DNA from: Bradymonadia bacterium
Lineage (GTDB): Bacteria; Myxococcota_A; Bradymonadia; UBA7976; UBA1532
Length of the DNA: 64,000 bases
NCBI GenBank assembly: GCA_046290225.1
Contig: JBKAGE010000034.1
Coordinates: 96,001 to 160,000 of the forward strand
Direction of reading: 5' to 3'
The stretch's first letter is position 1. Each line of letters opens with the position of its first letter. The notes under the pieces are model-generated. The model was given only the letters and a program-made list of their open reading frames with translations. It was not told the origin of the DNA and did not search any database. The translations under genes and the position numbers were made by a program. This document shows, piece by piece, positions 17,320-26,872 of the stretch.

Positions 17320-18735
17320 ATGGCCCAGAAGAAGTTTCCTGATTACGTCCCCCCCACCCAAGTCGCCTATCGCCCCTCGGGTACGACACTGCACTTGCGC
17401 AAGTGCAGGATCGCTCTGGAGCGTGGGGGTGAGTGGGAAGAGCGCATCTTCGACCAGGCGGTCATCACCGTGGGCGCCATGGACGACAACGACATCGTGC
17501 TCGACGACGACACGGTGAGTCGCTACCACTGCCGCATCTACCAGGAAGATGACGCATACGTGTTGCAGGACCTCGGCAGCACCAACGGCACCTTCATCAA
17601 CAACGTGCGGGTGAAAGAGGGTTACCTGACCCCAGGCTGCACCATCACCCTCGGCAAGACAGCCATGGTGTTTCACGCCGTGGACGAGCGCGTGGAGATC
17701 CGCCCCTCGGACAGCGAGCGGTTTGGCAGCATCATCGGCACCAACGTCAAAATGCGGGAGCTCTTCGGCATCCTGGAGAAGATCGCCCCTACGAGCACCA
17801 CGGTGGTGATCGAGGGCGAGACCGGGACCGGCAAAGAGGTCGTGGCACAGACGATCCACCAGAAGTCCACCCGGGCCGAGAAGCCCTTCGTGGTCTTCGA
17901 CTGCTCGGCGGTGCCCGAGAACCTCATCGAGTCGGAGCTGTTCGGCCACGAGAAAGGATCCTTCACCGGGGCCATCATGGCCCGGCAAGGGGTCTTCGAG
18001 ATGGCGAATGGCGGCACCATCTTCCTCGACGAGCTCGGTGAGCTGTCACTGGAACTGCAGCCAAAGCTCCTCCGAGTCCTCGAGACCCGAGAGGTCCGTC
18101 GGGTGGGTGGTACCCGCGCGGCGAAGGTCGACGTCCGGGTCATCGCAGCGACGAACCGCCACCTCGAAGACGAGGTCCGCGCCGGTCGCTTCCGTGAAGA
18201 TCTGTTCTACCGCCTGAGCGTGGTCCGGCTGTTCCTGCCCGCGCTCCGCGAGCGCAAGGAAGACGTGCCCCTTCTGGTCAAGCACTTCCTCAGCGAGGGT
18301 CAGTTCAACAAGGCCATCGACGGCAGCCAGCGCCTCAAGGGCACCACCTCAGAAGCCCTAGAAGCCCTGGTGGGCTATGACTGGCCTGGCAACGTCCGCG
18401 AGCTGCTCAACGTGATGGAGCGGGCCTGCAGTTTCGCCGAGACGGATCTGATCCGCCCCGAGGATCTGCCCCAACACATCCTGGGCTCGGGTCACGTGCA
18501 CCGCCTGAACACCCTCAAGCCTCAGCTCCTGCCCGACGCCGAGGCCGACGTGACCGATCTGGGCACGTTCAAAGAGGCCAAGGAGCAGTGGGTGGCCACC
18601 TTCGAGCGGGATTACATCCTCAACCTGCTCAAGCAGAACGACTTCAACATCAGTCACGCAGCCCGCGCTGCGGAGATCGACCGCAAGTACTTCCGCAAAC
18701 TCATGAAGAAGTACGGCATCCAACACGACGACTGA
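17320..18735 (+). CDS. FHA-domain sigma54-dependent transcriptional activator (bEBP) with Fis-type HTH
   Basis: FHA motifs SRYH and DLGSTNGT; GETGTGKE, ESELFGHEKGSFTGA, FLDE, RFREDLFYRL, WPGNVREL; C-terminal NISHAAR HTH. Confidence 0.93.
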   Translation: MAQKKFPDYVPPTQVAYRPSGTTLHLRKCRIALERGGEWEERIFDQAVITVGAMDDNDIVLDDDTVSRYHCRIYQEDDAYVLQDLGSTNGTFINNVRVKEGYLTPGCTITLGKTAMVFHAVDERVEIRPSDSERFGSIIGTNVKMRELFGILEKIAPTSTTVVIEGETGTGKEVVAQTIHQKSTRAEKPFVVFDCSAVPENLIESELFGHEKGSFTGAIMARQGVFEMANGGTIFLDELGELSLELQPKLLRVLETREVRRVGGTRAAKVDVRVIAATNRHLEDEVRAGRFREDLFYRLSVVRLFLPALRERKEDVPLLVKHFLSEGQFNKAIDGSQRLKGTTSEALEALVGYDWPGNVRELLNVMERACSFAETDLIRPEDLPQHILGSGHVHRLNTLKPQLLPDAEADVTDLGTFKEAKEQWVATFERDYILNLLKQNDFNISHAARAAEIDRKYFRKLMKKYGIQHDD

Positions 18736-18741
18736 TCCTTT

Positions 18742-18765
18742 GCTCCGCCGCCGTAGCGGCGGAGC
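18742..18765. terminator. Hairpin between convergent genes, likely bidirectional terminator
   Basis: GCTCCGCCGC-cgta-GCGGCGGAGC is a perfect 10-bp stem in a 30-nt gap. Confidence 0.65.
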
Positions 18766-20700
18766 CTAAAAGGAATGACGTAGGGTGGAGACCTGGCCTG
18801 CCTTGATGGTCACCGTGCGCATCTCAGTGCGGCCATCCGCCGTCTTGAGACGGATGCGGTGCTTGCCAGGGGGCAGCGGGTGTCGGATCAAGGGAGTATT
18901 CTTGTTCAGGTTCTTGCCATCTACACTCACCCATGACCAGGGCAAGGTGCTCACGTTCAAGAACCCGGGCTTGCCCGCGACGGGAGCCTCTGGAGACTTC
19001 ACGCGGCGCTTGCGACGCCGTTGGGGCCGCTTCACCGAAGTCGTCGCCACCCCCTTCTTCACCACCTCGCTCTTCGCAGTGGCCGTACCTGCATCAGGCG
19101 TCGAAGTGGCGAGCACCTCAGGATCAGGCTGAGGCGGCTCGACCGCCCCAGCATCAGGGCTCGTCTCTGCCACCATCTCCGCATCAGGACTGTCGGCCAC
19201 CGGCACGACAACCTCCGTGGATGGTAGAGGCTTGTCTTGCTGATCTTTGGGCCCACCGGCAGCGAGCAGAGGGGCCTCAGGCGGCGCCGTCTTCACCACG
19301 TGATTGCCTTCGCCGCCCCCTGGGCCAGAGAAGACAAAAGCCAACACCGCCCCGGCGATCAACGCGGCTGCGATGCCGAACCAGACCAGACCTTTTCGGC
19401 GGGGCTTGCTCTCTGGTTGGGGGAACGGGTGGCTGCCCTTCGCCGCGAGATCGAGACTGCCCGTGCCGTTGGAGAGGTGGGTGAGGCGATCGATTTGCGG
19501 ATCGAAGTGCCCACTCGGCAACGAAGCCGCAGAAGACACCTCACCGGAGAAGTCCAAATCGTCGTCGCCGTCGGGGCTCGCTGCGACCAGGCCTTTCGGG
19601 GGCGCCTCCCGAGCGAGGAAGCGGGCCAGATCTCGAGGGCCGAACTGCGGGCTGAGCTCTTTGAGTGCCACCACCAGCAGTTTCGAAAACTCACGGGCGC
19701 TCTGAAAACGCCCTGCGGGATCCTTGCGCAGCGCCCGCATCACGATGGCGTCCACCCTTGGGGGGATGCCCGGGACGATCTTGCTCGGAGGCGCCGCCTG
19801 CTTCCTGAGAATCTGCTCGTAGACCTGAAACTCGTTCTGCCCGCGGAAAGGCAGGCGCCCCGTGAGCATCTTGTAGAGCGTCAGCCCGAGGCTGAAGACG
19901 TCGGAGCGCGGATCCACCGGCTTGGCCAGGGCCTGCTCCGGGCTCATGTACTGGAGCTTGCCTTTGATCACACCGCTGCGGGTAGAGGCCTGATTGTGAG
20001 AGGCCTTGGCCACACCGAAGTCGGTGAGCTTCACCGCACCGTTCCAACCCACCAGGATGTTGTGGGGGCTCACGTCGCGGTGGATGATGTGGAGCGGCTC
20101 GCCTGATGCGTCTTCTTGGATGTGTGCAGCGTGGAGCCCGTCGGCGATGCACCGGGCTACATAGAGCGCCGAGGGCAACGACATCGCCTTGCCCCGATCG
20201 CGCAGCGTGCGGAGCACGTCGGACAGATCGACGCCGTCGATGTATTCCATGGCGATGAAGTGGAGCCCGTCGGCCTCGCCCTGGTCGTACACGCGGGCCA
20301 CGTGCGGGTGATCGATGGCCGAGGCGATCTGCGCCTCGTCTCGGAGCATGCGCACGAAGTTCTGGTCTTCAGCGTGGTGCGGCAAGATCCGCTTGAGCGC
20401 CATCACATCCGGATGGCCCTCTGGTGGAGATGCCTCTGCTCGACGCGCGAGGAAGACCTCGGCCATGCCCCCCTTCCCGAGGGCGCGGGTCAGTTGATAA
20501 GGGCCGAACCGCTCCCCATCTGCCGCAGCCTGCTGCTCACTCTCGTCGTCGAGCAGTAGGTCTTCCAGTGCCACCTCTTCGATCTCCTCGAAAGCCTCGT
20601 CGGCCTCGATGACCTCGGGCGGCAGGACAGGTGGTATCGAGTTGGGGGTGGAGGAATCGCTCACGTACACTCTCTCGCGCGGCGCGCGGGCAATCAGCAA
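18766..20700 (-). CDS. Membrane Ser/Thr protein kinase with C-terminal PEGA-like domain (start uncertain)
   Basis: LGKGGMAEVF, ALKRI, IIHRDVSPHN, DFGVAK and YMSPEQ motifs; TM helix; FLNVSTLPWSWVSVDG. Confidence 0.92.
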   Translation of the reverse strand: MLIARAPRERVYVSDSSTPNSIPPVLPPEVIEADEAFEEIEEVALEDLLLDDESEQQAAADGERFGPYQLTRALGKGGMAEVFLARRAEASPPEGHPDVMALKRILPHHAEDQNFVRMLRDEAQIASAIDHPHVARVYDQGEADGLHFIAMEYIDGVDLSDVLRTLRDRGKAMSLPSALYVARCIADGLHAAHIQEDASGEPLHIIHRDVSPHNILVGWNGAVKLTDFGVAKASHNQASTRSGVIKGKLQYMSPEQALAKPVDPRSDVFSLGLTLYKMLTGRLPFRGQNEFQVYEQILRKQAAPPSKIVPGIPPRVDAIVMRALRKDPAGRFQSAREFSKLLVVALKELSPQFGPRDLARFLAREAPPKGLVAASPDGDDDLDFSGEVSSAASLPSGHFDPQIDRLTHLSNGTGSLDLAAKGSHPFPQPESKPRRKGLVWFGIAAALIAGAVLAFVFSGPGGGEGNHVVKTAPPEAPLLAAGGPKDQQDKPLPSTEVVVPVADSPDAEMVAETSPDAGAVEPPQPDPEVLATSTPDAGTATAKSEVVKKGVATTSVKRPQRRRKRRVKSPEAPVAGKPGFLNVSTLPWSWVSVDGKNLNKNTPLIRHPLPPGKHRIRLKTADGRTEMRTVTIKAGQVSTLRHSF

Positions 20701-20872
20701 AAGACCGAATCCGGAGATCCTTCGCTCACTTCGAGCCCACAGCGTACTCGCGGGCCAACATAGAAATAACAGAACAGCCGCCCAAGTACCAGCAGGGGTC
20801 AGAAGGACTAAGCGGCCAGATATACCATCAGCCCACTTGCCCTGAGCGCTGATTCGTGCGAATCAACCGCCC

Positions 20873-21409
20873 GTGATCGAGCCACTCACCAGAAAACGAC
20901 CCGCCGCCCAGCCTCGCACCAACGAGGGTGAGGCTCCTACGGCCTATGTCTTCCAGGATGTCCTGGAGGAGATCAGGTTCAATGGGGGCTACAGCCCGCG
21001 TCAGATCGCCGGGGGCCTGCTCTTCGGCCGCCACTTCAAGTGCGACGAATGGGGCAGCAGCTATGTTGAGGTCGCCGGCTTCGTCGCTGCGACCCACTGT
21101 GGCGATGTCCCGGGGTTCATCAACCACTTCCGCACCCAGTGGAAGTCCGCTGGCGCAACCCTGCGGTACCAATTTCCCGATGACGAGGTCGTCGGGTGGT
21201 TCCTCGCAGCGCCCGAGGGTTTCACCCCGGAGAGCACAGAGCAGATGGACCAGGACGTCTACCTGCTCCACAGCACCTTCCTTCAGCAGCCCTGGCAGGT
21301 GGGCCTCTGGGTGCAGGGCAAAGAGAGCCCTCCCCTTGCGTTGAGCCGCATGAGTGGTCGACTGCACAGCATCGAGGCCGCCCTCGTTCGCCGGATTCCC
21401 ACCCCTTGA
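20873..21409 (+). CDS. Hypothetical protein resembling a degenerate JAB/MPN domain
   Basis: GGLLFG...VVGWF...D...H..F.QPWQVGL spacing, but no HxH motif. Confidence 0.45.
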   Translation: MIEPLTRKRPAAQPRTNEGEAPTAYVFQDVLEEIRFNGGYSPRQIAGGLLFGRHFKCDEWGSSYVEVAGFVAATHCGDVPGFINHFRTQWKSAGATLRYQFPDDEVVGWFLAAPEGFTPESTEQMDQDVYLLHSTFLQQPWQVGLWVQGKESPPLALSRMSGRLHSIEAALVRRIPTP

Positions 21410-21514
21410 TTGACAGCATGGGGCTGTCGGGATAAGACACCGGCCAGTCCATCGAACCCGCGTCGTGGTGCGTGTAGAGCACACCCACGACGTCCTCACC
21501 ACACGGAGATCTCG

Positions 21515-21874
21515 ATGATCGGTCCCGGCACCACCGTCCGCGGCAACATCTCTGGCGCAGAAGACCTCACCGTCGAGGGACGCGTCGAGGGCAGCATTCG
21601 CCTCGACGCCGATCTCACCGTGGCCAACGGCGCTCATCTCGCCGCCGACATCGACGCCCACAAGGTCGACGTCTCGGGGCGCATCGAAGGTGCCGTGAAC
21701 GCATCTGATTCGATCACCATCGATCGCGACGCTGTGGTCGTCGGTGACGTGACCACCAAGCGGCTGGTCATCGAAGAGGGCGCCCGGTTCAAGGGCCGCA
21801 TCACCATGGACGTCGACATCCCCGGCCTCGAGGCCCGCGGTGATGCCCGCGCCACCGGCGGCCGTCGCCGCTGA
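21515..21874 (+). CDS. bacN: Bactofilin, BacN-like
   Basis: MIGPGTTVRGNISGAEDLTVEGRVEG...IEEGARFKGRITMD; GGAG RBS upstream; first of three bactofilins. Confidence 0.75.
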   Translation: MIGPGTTVRGNISGAEDLTVEGRVEGSIRLDADLTVANGAHLAADIDAHKVDVSGRIEGAVNASDSITIDRDAVVVGDVTTKRLVIEEGARFKGRITMDVDIPGLEARGDARATGGRRR

Positions 21875-21907
21875 TCCTGACACCATTTACCGGAGAGCAG
21901 TAACACC

Positions 21908-22228
21908 ATGGCGAACACCGTGATCGGCAGCTCCATCGTCATCGATGGTGAGATGACCAGCAGCGAGACCCTCGTGGTCCAGGGCACCATCAAGGGCAAG
22001 GTTCAGACCAGCGAAGGGGTGTTCATCGAGAACTCCGCTCGGGTCGACGCCGACGTCGAAGCCGAAAACGTCGAGATCGGCGGCGAGCTCACCGGCAACG
22101 TGAGCGCCGGCGGCAGGGTCGAGATCAAGGCTGAGGGCAAGATGGTGGGCGACGTCCGCTCCCCCCGCATCCTCATCGCCGACGGGGCCCTCTTCAAGGG
22201 CAACATCGACATGGATGTGGAGCGCTGA
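21908..22228 (+). CDS. bacO: Bactofilin, BacO-like
   Basis: MANTVIGSSIVIDGE...PRILIADGALFKGNIDMD, close to my recollection of Myxococcus BacO. Confidence 0.8.
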   Translation: MANTVIGSSIVIDGEMTSSETLVVQGTIKGKVQTSEGVFIENSARVDADVEAENVEIGGELTGNVSAGGRVEIKAEGKMVGDVRSPRILIADGALFKGNIDMDVER

Positions 22229-22230
22229 TT

Positions 22231-22815
22231 ATGGCGGGCGCTTCTACCGTCATTGCCTCCGGGACCGAAATCAACGGTCAGATCGAAGGCGCTGAAGACA
22301 TCGACGTCCAGGGCACCGTGCGCGGCAGCATCCGCCTCGACGCCAACCTCGTCGTATTCGCCGAAGGCCGTGTCGAGGCCGACGTCGAGGCTCACGCCGT
22401 CACCGTGCACGGCATTCTCGCCGGCAATGTCACCGCCCGTGACGTCGTCGAGCTCACCGCCGGTGCCAAGGTACTCGGCGATCTCACTGCCCCCACCATC
22501 ATCCTCGAAGAGGGCGCGGCCTACGCCGGTCTCCTCGACACGGGGAACGTCGATGACGAGGGTGGCCGCAGCACAAGCAGTCGCAGCTCCAGTGGTCGAG
22601 GCAACCGCAGCTCCAGCAGCCGCAGCAGTCGTGCTCCCGAGCGCGCCCCTGTACGTGCGCCGGAGCCGGAGCCCGAGCCAGAGGCCGAGAAAGAGCCTGT
22701 GCCGCCGAAGCCCAGCCGCGTCTCGAAGAGCAAAGGCAAGGACAAGGCCGCCGAAGAGCCTGAGTTGCCGGCAACTGCCACCAAGAAAAAAGTCAACGTC
22801 AAGAAGCGCTCATGA
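22231..22815 (+). CDS. bacP: Bactofilin with disordered tail, BacP-like
   Basis: Bactofilin domain followed by a Ser/Arg/Pro-rich tail ending in basic KKKVNVKKRS. Confidence 0.78.
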   Translation: MAGASTVIASGTEINGQIEGAEDIDVQGTVRGSIRLDANLVVFAEGRVEADVEAHAVTVHGILAGNVTARDVVELTAGAKVLGDLTAPTIILEEGAAYAGLLDTGNVDDEGGRSTSSRSSSGRGNRSSSSRSSRAPERAPVRAPEPEPEPEAEKEPVPPKPSRVSKSKGKDKAAEEPELPATATKKKVNVKKRS

Positions 22816-23384
22816 GCCTGCCCTCCCCTGATCGGCAGCGACTGCTCGAGCTGCTCAAGGCACTCTCCTTCGCTCGCCGAGATGTGGTGCTGGCCTCAGG
22901 GCAGTCGAGCAACGTCTACATCGACTGCAAGCAGACTGCGCTGCACCCTGAGGGTGCATGGCACCTCGGCGGCCTCATGCTCGAGGCAGTACAGGGCATC
23001 GAGGCCCGCACGGGGCTCACCGCTGGCGCAGTAGGCGGGATGACCCTCGGGGCTGATCCCCTCGCCACCGCCGTGAGCCTGGCAGGCTTCCGCGCTGGGC
23101 GACACCTCCCTGCCTTCATCGTACGCAAGACCCAAAAGGGCCACGGCACCGACCAGTGGCTCGAGGGTCAAAAGAACATGCCGGCGGACGGTGGAGTCGT
23201 TTTGCTCGAAGATGTGGTCACCACTGGGGGCAGCACGCTGTCCGCTTTGGAACGTTGTCGCGTTTCGGGCTTGAAACCCTTCGGAGTCGTCGCCATCGTC
23301 GATCGCGGTGCCGGCGGCATCGAGCGTCTCGCTGAAGAGGGGCTCGACGTGCAGGCGTTGTATCGGCTCAGCGACTTCGAATGA
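22812..23384 (+). CDS. pyrE: Orotate phosphoribosyltransferase
   Basis: LASGQSSNVYIDCK, GGMTLGADP, VRKTQKGHGT and PRPP loop LLEDVVTTGGS. Confidence 0.95.
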   Translation: MSLPSPDRQRLLELLKALSFARRDVVLASGQSSNVYIDCKQTALHPEGAWHLGGLMLEAVQGIEARTGLTAGAVGGMTLGADPLATAVSLAGFRAGRHLPAFIVRKTQKGHGTDQWLEGQKNMPADGGVVLLEDVVTTGGSTLSALERCRVSGLKPFGVVAIVDRGAGGIERLAEEGLDVQALYRLSDFE

Positions 23385-24028
23385 TGCATCCCCTCAGTGG
23401 TTTTCTGCCGTCGAGAGCGTGTCCCCAACGGGTGGCGCCCGCTCGACCCCTCCTCGCGGCGCTCGTGGCCCTGACACTCTCTGCATGTGGCAGTGCCCCC
23501 ACACCTCAGTGGTCACCTGGTGAAGCCAGGGTCGAGAGCTACGACACCGCCTACCATCAGTGGACCCGTGAAGGGGTGCACTACAACCAGCTCGACGCCA
23601 AAGCCACGGCCTACGCCACATATCTGTCGCCGAGTTTCATGGCCGCCCTGGTGGATCACCAGGCTGAGGTCGAGGCGCTGACCAGCTCTGCGCGGCAGGC
23701 TCGGCGGACGGCGGCAGTGGGCGAGGCAGAAGCCAAGGCCCAGTTCATGTTGAGCATCTCCACTCAGGAGATGCAGTGGGACGATCTCGATCTGCCCAAC
23801 AACACGCTGCGGGTGGTGTTGCTCGAAGGCGACAAAGAGGTGAAGTACAGCGAGTTGAGGCGTCTCGGTCGGCGTGAGGCCACCGTCATGCGCATCTACT
23901 ATCCGCACTTCAGCCCACTGACCAACGCCTACGTCGTCACCTTCCCCGCCCCCACGAACCCCAAGGACGTCACACTGCGGATCGCTGGCCCGCCGGGCCA
24001 CATCGATTTGCGCTGGAAGAGCCGATGA
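23381..24028 (+). CDS. Hypothetical lipoprotein
   Basis: Lipobox LSACG; overlaps both neighbours by 4 nt. Confidence 0.65.
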   Translation: MMHPLSGFLPSRACPQRVAPARPLLAALVALTLSACGSAPTPQWSPGEARVESYDTAYHQWTREGVHYNQLDAKATAYATYLSPSFMAALVDHQAEVEALTSSARQARRTAAVGEAEAKAQFMLSISTQEMQWDDLDLPNNTLRVVLLEGDKEVKYSELRRLGRREATVMRIYYPHFSPLTNAYVVTFPAPTNPKDVTLRIAGPPGHIDLRWKSR

Positions 24029-24939
24029 CCACCACCTCAGAGTCTGCCGCCAGCCCCGTGATCTCTCGCAGCGCCAAAGCCAATGACGGCACGACGCTGC
24101 GCTACACCGTCACTGGTGAAGGGCCCATCGACATCCTGCTCTGCGACGGCATCGGCTGCTCGGGTTTCATCTGGCGGTTCCTCGCCCCTCACCTTCGTGA
24201 AGGGGCTCGCGTCCTCCATCCCCATATGCGGGGGCACGGCGACAGCGACGCCCCGATGGATCCTCTGGCTTACTCCATCGCCGGGGTCGCCGATGATCAG
24301 GCGCTGATTCTCGATCAAGAGGGTGTGGAGTCTGCTTGGGTGCTCGGCCACAGCATGGGGGTTCAGGTGGCCCTAGAGCTCTGGTACCGGCACCGACACC
24401 GGGTCAAAGGCTTGATCCTGATTTGTGGCAGCTACGAGAACCCCGTGGCCACGTTCCACAACCAGGGTGCGCTCAACAAGATGATGCCGTGGATCAGGTT
24501 GCTGGCGCCCCGGGTGCACAAACCCCTCAAAGCGTTCTGGCAGACCATGCTGCCCACGGAACTCTCGCTGAAGTTCGCCCTGGCCACAGAGATCGATGGC
24601 GACCGTGTCGATCGGGACGACGTGATGCGCTACCTGCGCGATCTGTCTCAGATCGACCCGGTGGTCTTCCTGCATATGTTGGGGGGGGCCGAGGGGCACT
24701 CAGCGGCGGCCTATCTCGGACAGATCGATGTGCCCGTGATGGTCATCGCCGGTGATCAAGACAAGTTCACACCGGCCTGGCTCTCTCGCCAGATGGCCCA
24801 GCGCATTCCCACTTCGACCTACCATGAGATAGAGGGTGGTACGCACACCGCGCCGGTGGAGCAGCCTGAGCTCTTCGAGCAGCTCATCGACACTTTCATG
24901 GGCGATGTGGAGCGAGCGGGTCAAGGCATCGAGGCCTGA
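24025..24939 (+). CDS. Alpha/beta hydrolase
   Basis: RGHGDS, GHSMG nucleophile elbow, GDQDKFTP and GTHTAPVE. Confidence 0.9.
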   Translation: MTTTSESAASPVISRSAKANDGTTLRYTVTGEGPIDILLCDGIGCSGFIWRFLAPHLREGARVLHPHMRGHGDSDAPMDPLAYSIAGVADDQALILDQEGVESAWVLGHSMGVQVALELWYRHRHRVKGLILICGSYENPVATFHNQGALNKMMPWIRLLAPRVHKPLKAFWQTMLPTELSLKFALATEIDGDRVDRDDVMRYLRDLSQIDPVVFLHMLGGAEGHSAAAYLGQIDVPVMVIAGDQDKFTPAWLSRQMAQRIPTSTYHEIEGGTHTAPVEQPELFEQLIDTFMGDVERAGQGIEA

Positions 24940-24943
24940 GTCC

Positions 24944-25321
24944 TCAATCGTCGTAGAACAGGCTGTCTCGCAGCTGCTCGATGAATCGATCGATGCGGCT
25001 CTGCGTGTGGGGATCGAGATCGATGAACTGGATCCCCATGCCACAGGGCATGTCGTCGGTGAACTCGTTGAGCTCACGGACCCACCGCACCTTCCCCTTC
25101 ACCAAAATCGGCTCCGGATCAGGGTGGAGCGTGAACTTGAACTCCAGAATCGACCCCATGTCGATGATCTGCGAGGTGGCGATGAAGAGCCCACCTTCAG
25201 AGATGTTCCGGGTGAAGCCGGTGTAGAAGTTGTGCTCGCTGTTGATGTCGACCTCGATCTGCAAATCGAGGCGCGCGTGCTGCCTACCCTCGAGGGCTGC
25301 CTGGGCTGCCTGACTGCTCAT
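24944..25321 (-). CDS. PilZ-domain protein (TIGR02266-like)
   Basis: RQHAR (RxxxR), NISEGGLFI, GKVRWVR and GMGIQF motifs. Confidence 0.88.
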   Translation of the reverse strand: MSSQAAQAALEGRQHARLDLQIEVDINSEHNFYTGFTRNISEGGLFIATSQIIDMGSILEFKFTLHPDPEPILVKGKVRWVRELNEFTDDMPCGMGIQFIDLDPHTQSRIDRFIEQLRDSLFYDD

Positions 25322-25506
25322 AACACCGCTCCACTGCGGCAGCGTCGCGATGCGCCTCGGAAATGAGATCGCACCTGGCGCCACCTTGGTTCGCTTACGT
25401 CGATCGAAACGGCCGTTGAGGGGGTGTGCTTGAGATATGGGGGGTATGGAACACCCGGGGGTACGAGAAGACCCGGGAGTCGCTGGATACCTCTCCAGAC
25501 AGTGAC

Positions 25507-26802
25507 TCAGTAGCCGTCGGCTTCGAGCTCGATCTTGAACAGCTGCTGGCCGAGGAGGATGAGATCTCCACCGGTGAGGGAGAACTCTTCGCGGATGCGC
25601 AGGTAGGTGCCGTTGCTGCTGCCAAGGTCGAGCAGCCACGCAGCGGCTTCACGCCAGGAGAGGCGACAGTGGGTGCCGCTGATGAAGCCATCTTCTGGGA
25701 AGATGATGTCACCCCGCTCCCGACCGAGGATCTCCTCAGGCTGGTGCAGAGTCCACACACCGGCGGTGGTATCCACAGCCACCAGGGCGGAGATGCGACC
25801 CCATGCGCCTCTGAGGGGCGAGCCCAGGACCGTGGTGCCATCACCGGCGCCGGGGAGGATGGGCAGCACCTTGGACATCTCCTCGAAGCAGAAGAGCTCC
25901 TGTCCGATGCGGAACTGATCACCGTGGATCAGCTGCACCTCGCTCTTGATGCGCACGAAGACGCCATTGAGGCTGTCTTCGTCCCGAACCGAGAGGCCCT
26001 TTGCCCCGATCGTGAACGTGGCATGCCGAGGCGACAGGAACGGATCCTGCGAGAAGATGAGGGAGCTGTGACCCCGCCCCACGGTGATCTCGGGACCATC
26101 GAGGGGAAAGACGTCTCCCTGGCTGCCATCGGGACGAATCACCACCAGGCGCGCCATCGGGGTGCCGCCCACAGCGGTGGGCGTGGGCTCGATGGGGGCA
26201 GCTGGGGCCTCTCCACCGGGGGCTCGGGCGCCACAGACACCACAGAACCGGAAACCCTCGGGCACGATGGCTCCACACTGATGGCACGGCCGACCGCCAG
26301 CGGCCCCTTCAGAAGACGCCGACGACTCTGGTGATGCAGCCTCTGCCCCAGGTGACAGATCGAGCAGATCATCGTTGAAAGGACTCTCGTCCTCAGCAGT
26401 CACTGGAGGGGCGATGTCGAACCCGTTTTCCCCCACCGGCAACGGCTGAGCAGCGGGAGGCGCGACTTGCGGCACGGGGGCCGGCTGAGGCACTGGAGCA
26501 GGTGGGGGCATTTCGAGCGCCTTGGCGTTGGCCTGGCTCACCCGCGCTTGCACCACCACCGAGGGTACGGCGGCTGTGGTGATCGCCGAAACTTCAGGCT
26601 CGACGACTGTGGCACTGGGGGTCGCATTGGGGATGGCCTTGGGCAATGCCGTGGGCACAGGCGTCGCCTTGGGCAGCGCCGTGGGCAGAGGAGTACCAGG
26701 CTTGCCGGGCACCCGGGAGGAGGCCGACAGCTCGGTGCCGCACCCCAAGCAGAACTTGTAGTGATCTTCGTTCTCACGATCACAGTTGGGGCAGATGATC
26801 AA
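25507..26802 (-). CDS. Zinc-ribbon + tandem FHA domain protein
   Basis: Two double-CxxC ribbons (CPNC..CLGCG, CHQC..CGVCG), a Pro-rich linker and two FHA domains (GR, SPRH, SLNG; GR, SGTH, SSNGT). Confidence 0.85.
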   Translation of the reverse strand: MIICPNCDRENEDHYKFCLGCGTELSASSRVPGKPGTPLPTALPKATPVPTALPKAIPNATPSATVVEPEVSAITTAAVPSVVVQARVSQANAKALEMPPPAPVPQPAPVPQVAPPAAQPLPVGENGFDIAPPVTAEDESPFNDDLLDLSPGAEAASPESSASSEGAAGGRPCHQCGAIVPEGFRFCGVCGARAPGGEAPAAPIEPTPTAVGGTPMARLVVIRPDGSQGDVFPLDGPEITVGRGHSSLIFSQDPFLSPRHATFTIGAKGLSVRDEDSLNGVFVRIKSEVQLIHGDQFRIGQELFCFEEMSKVLPILPGAGDGTTVLGSPLRGAWGRISALVAVDTTAGVWTLHQPEEILGRERGDIIFPEDGFISGTHCRLSWREAAAWLLDLGSSNGTYLRIREEFSLTGGDLILLGQQLFKIELEADGY

Positions 26803-26872
26803 AGCGCTCTCCGGTGCATCACCCCCAGGAGGGGCTCAGAGTTGGGACCGTGGATCGACCGCATGAGCGTAC

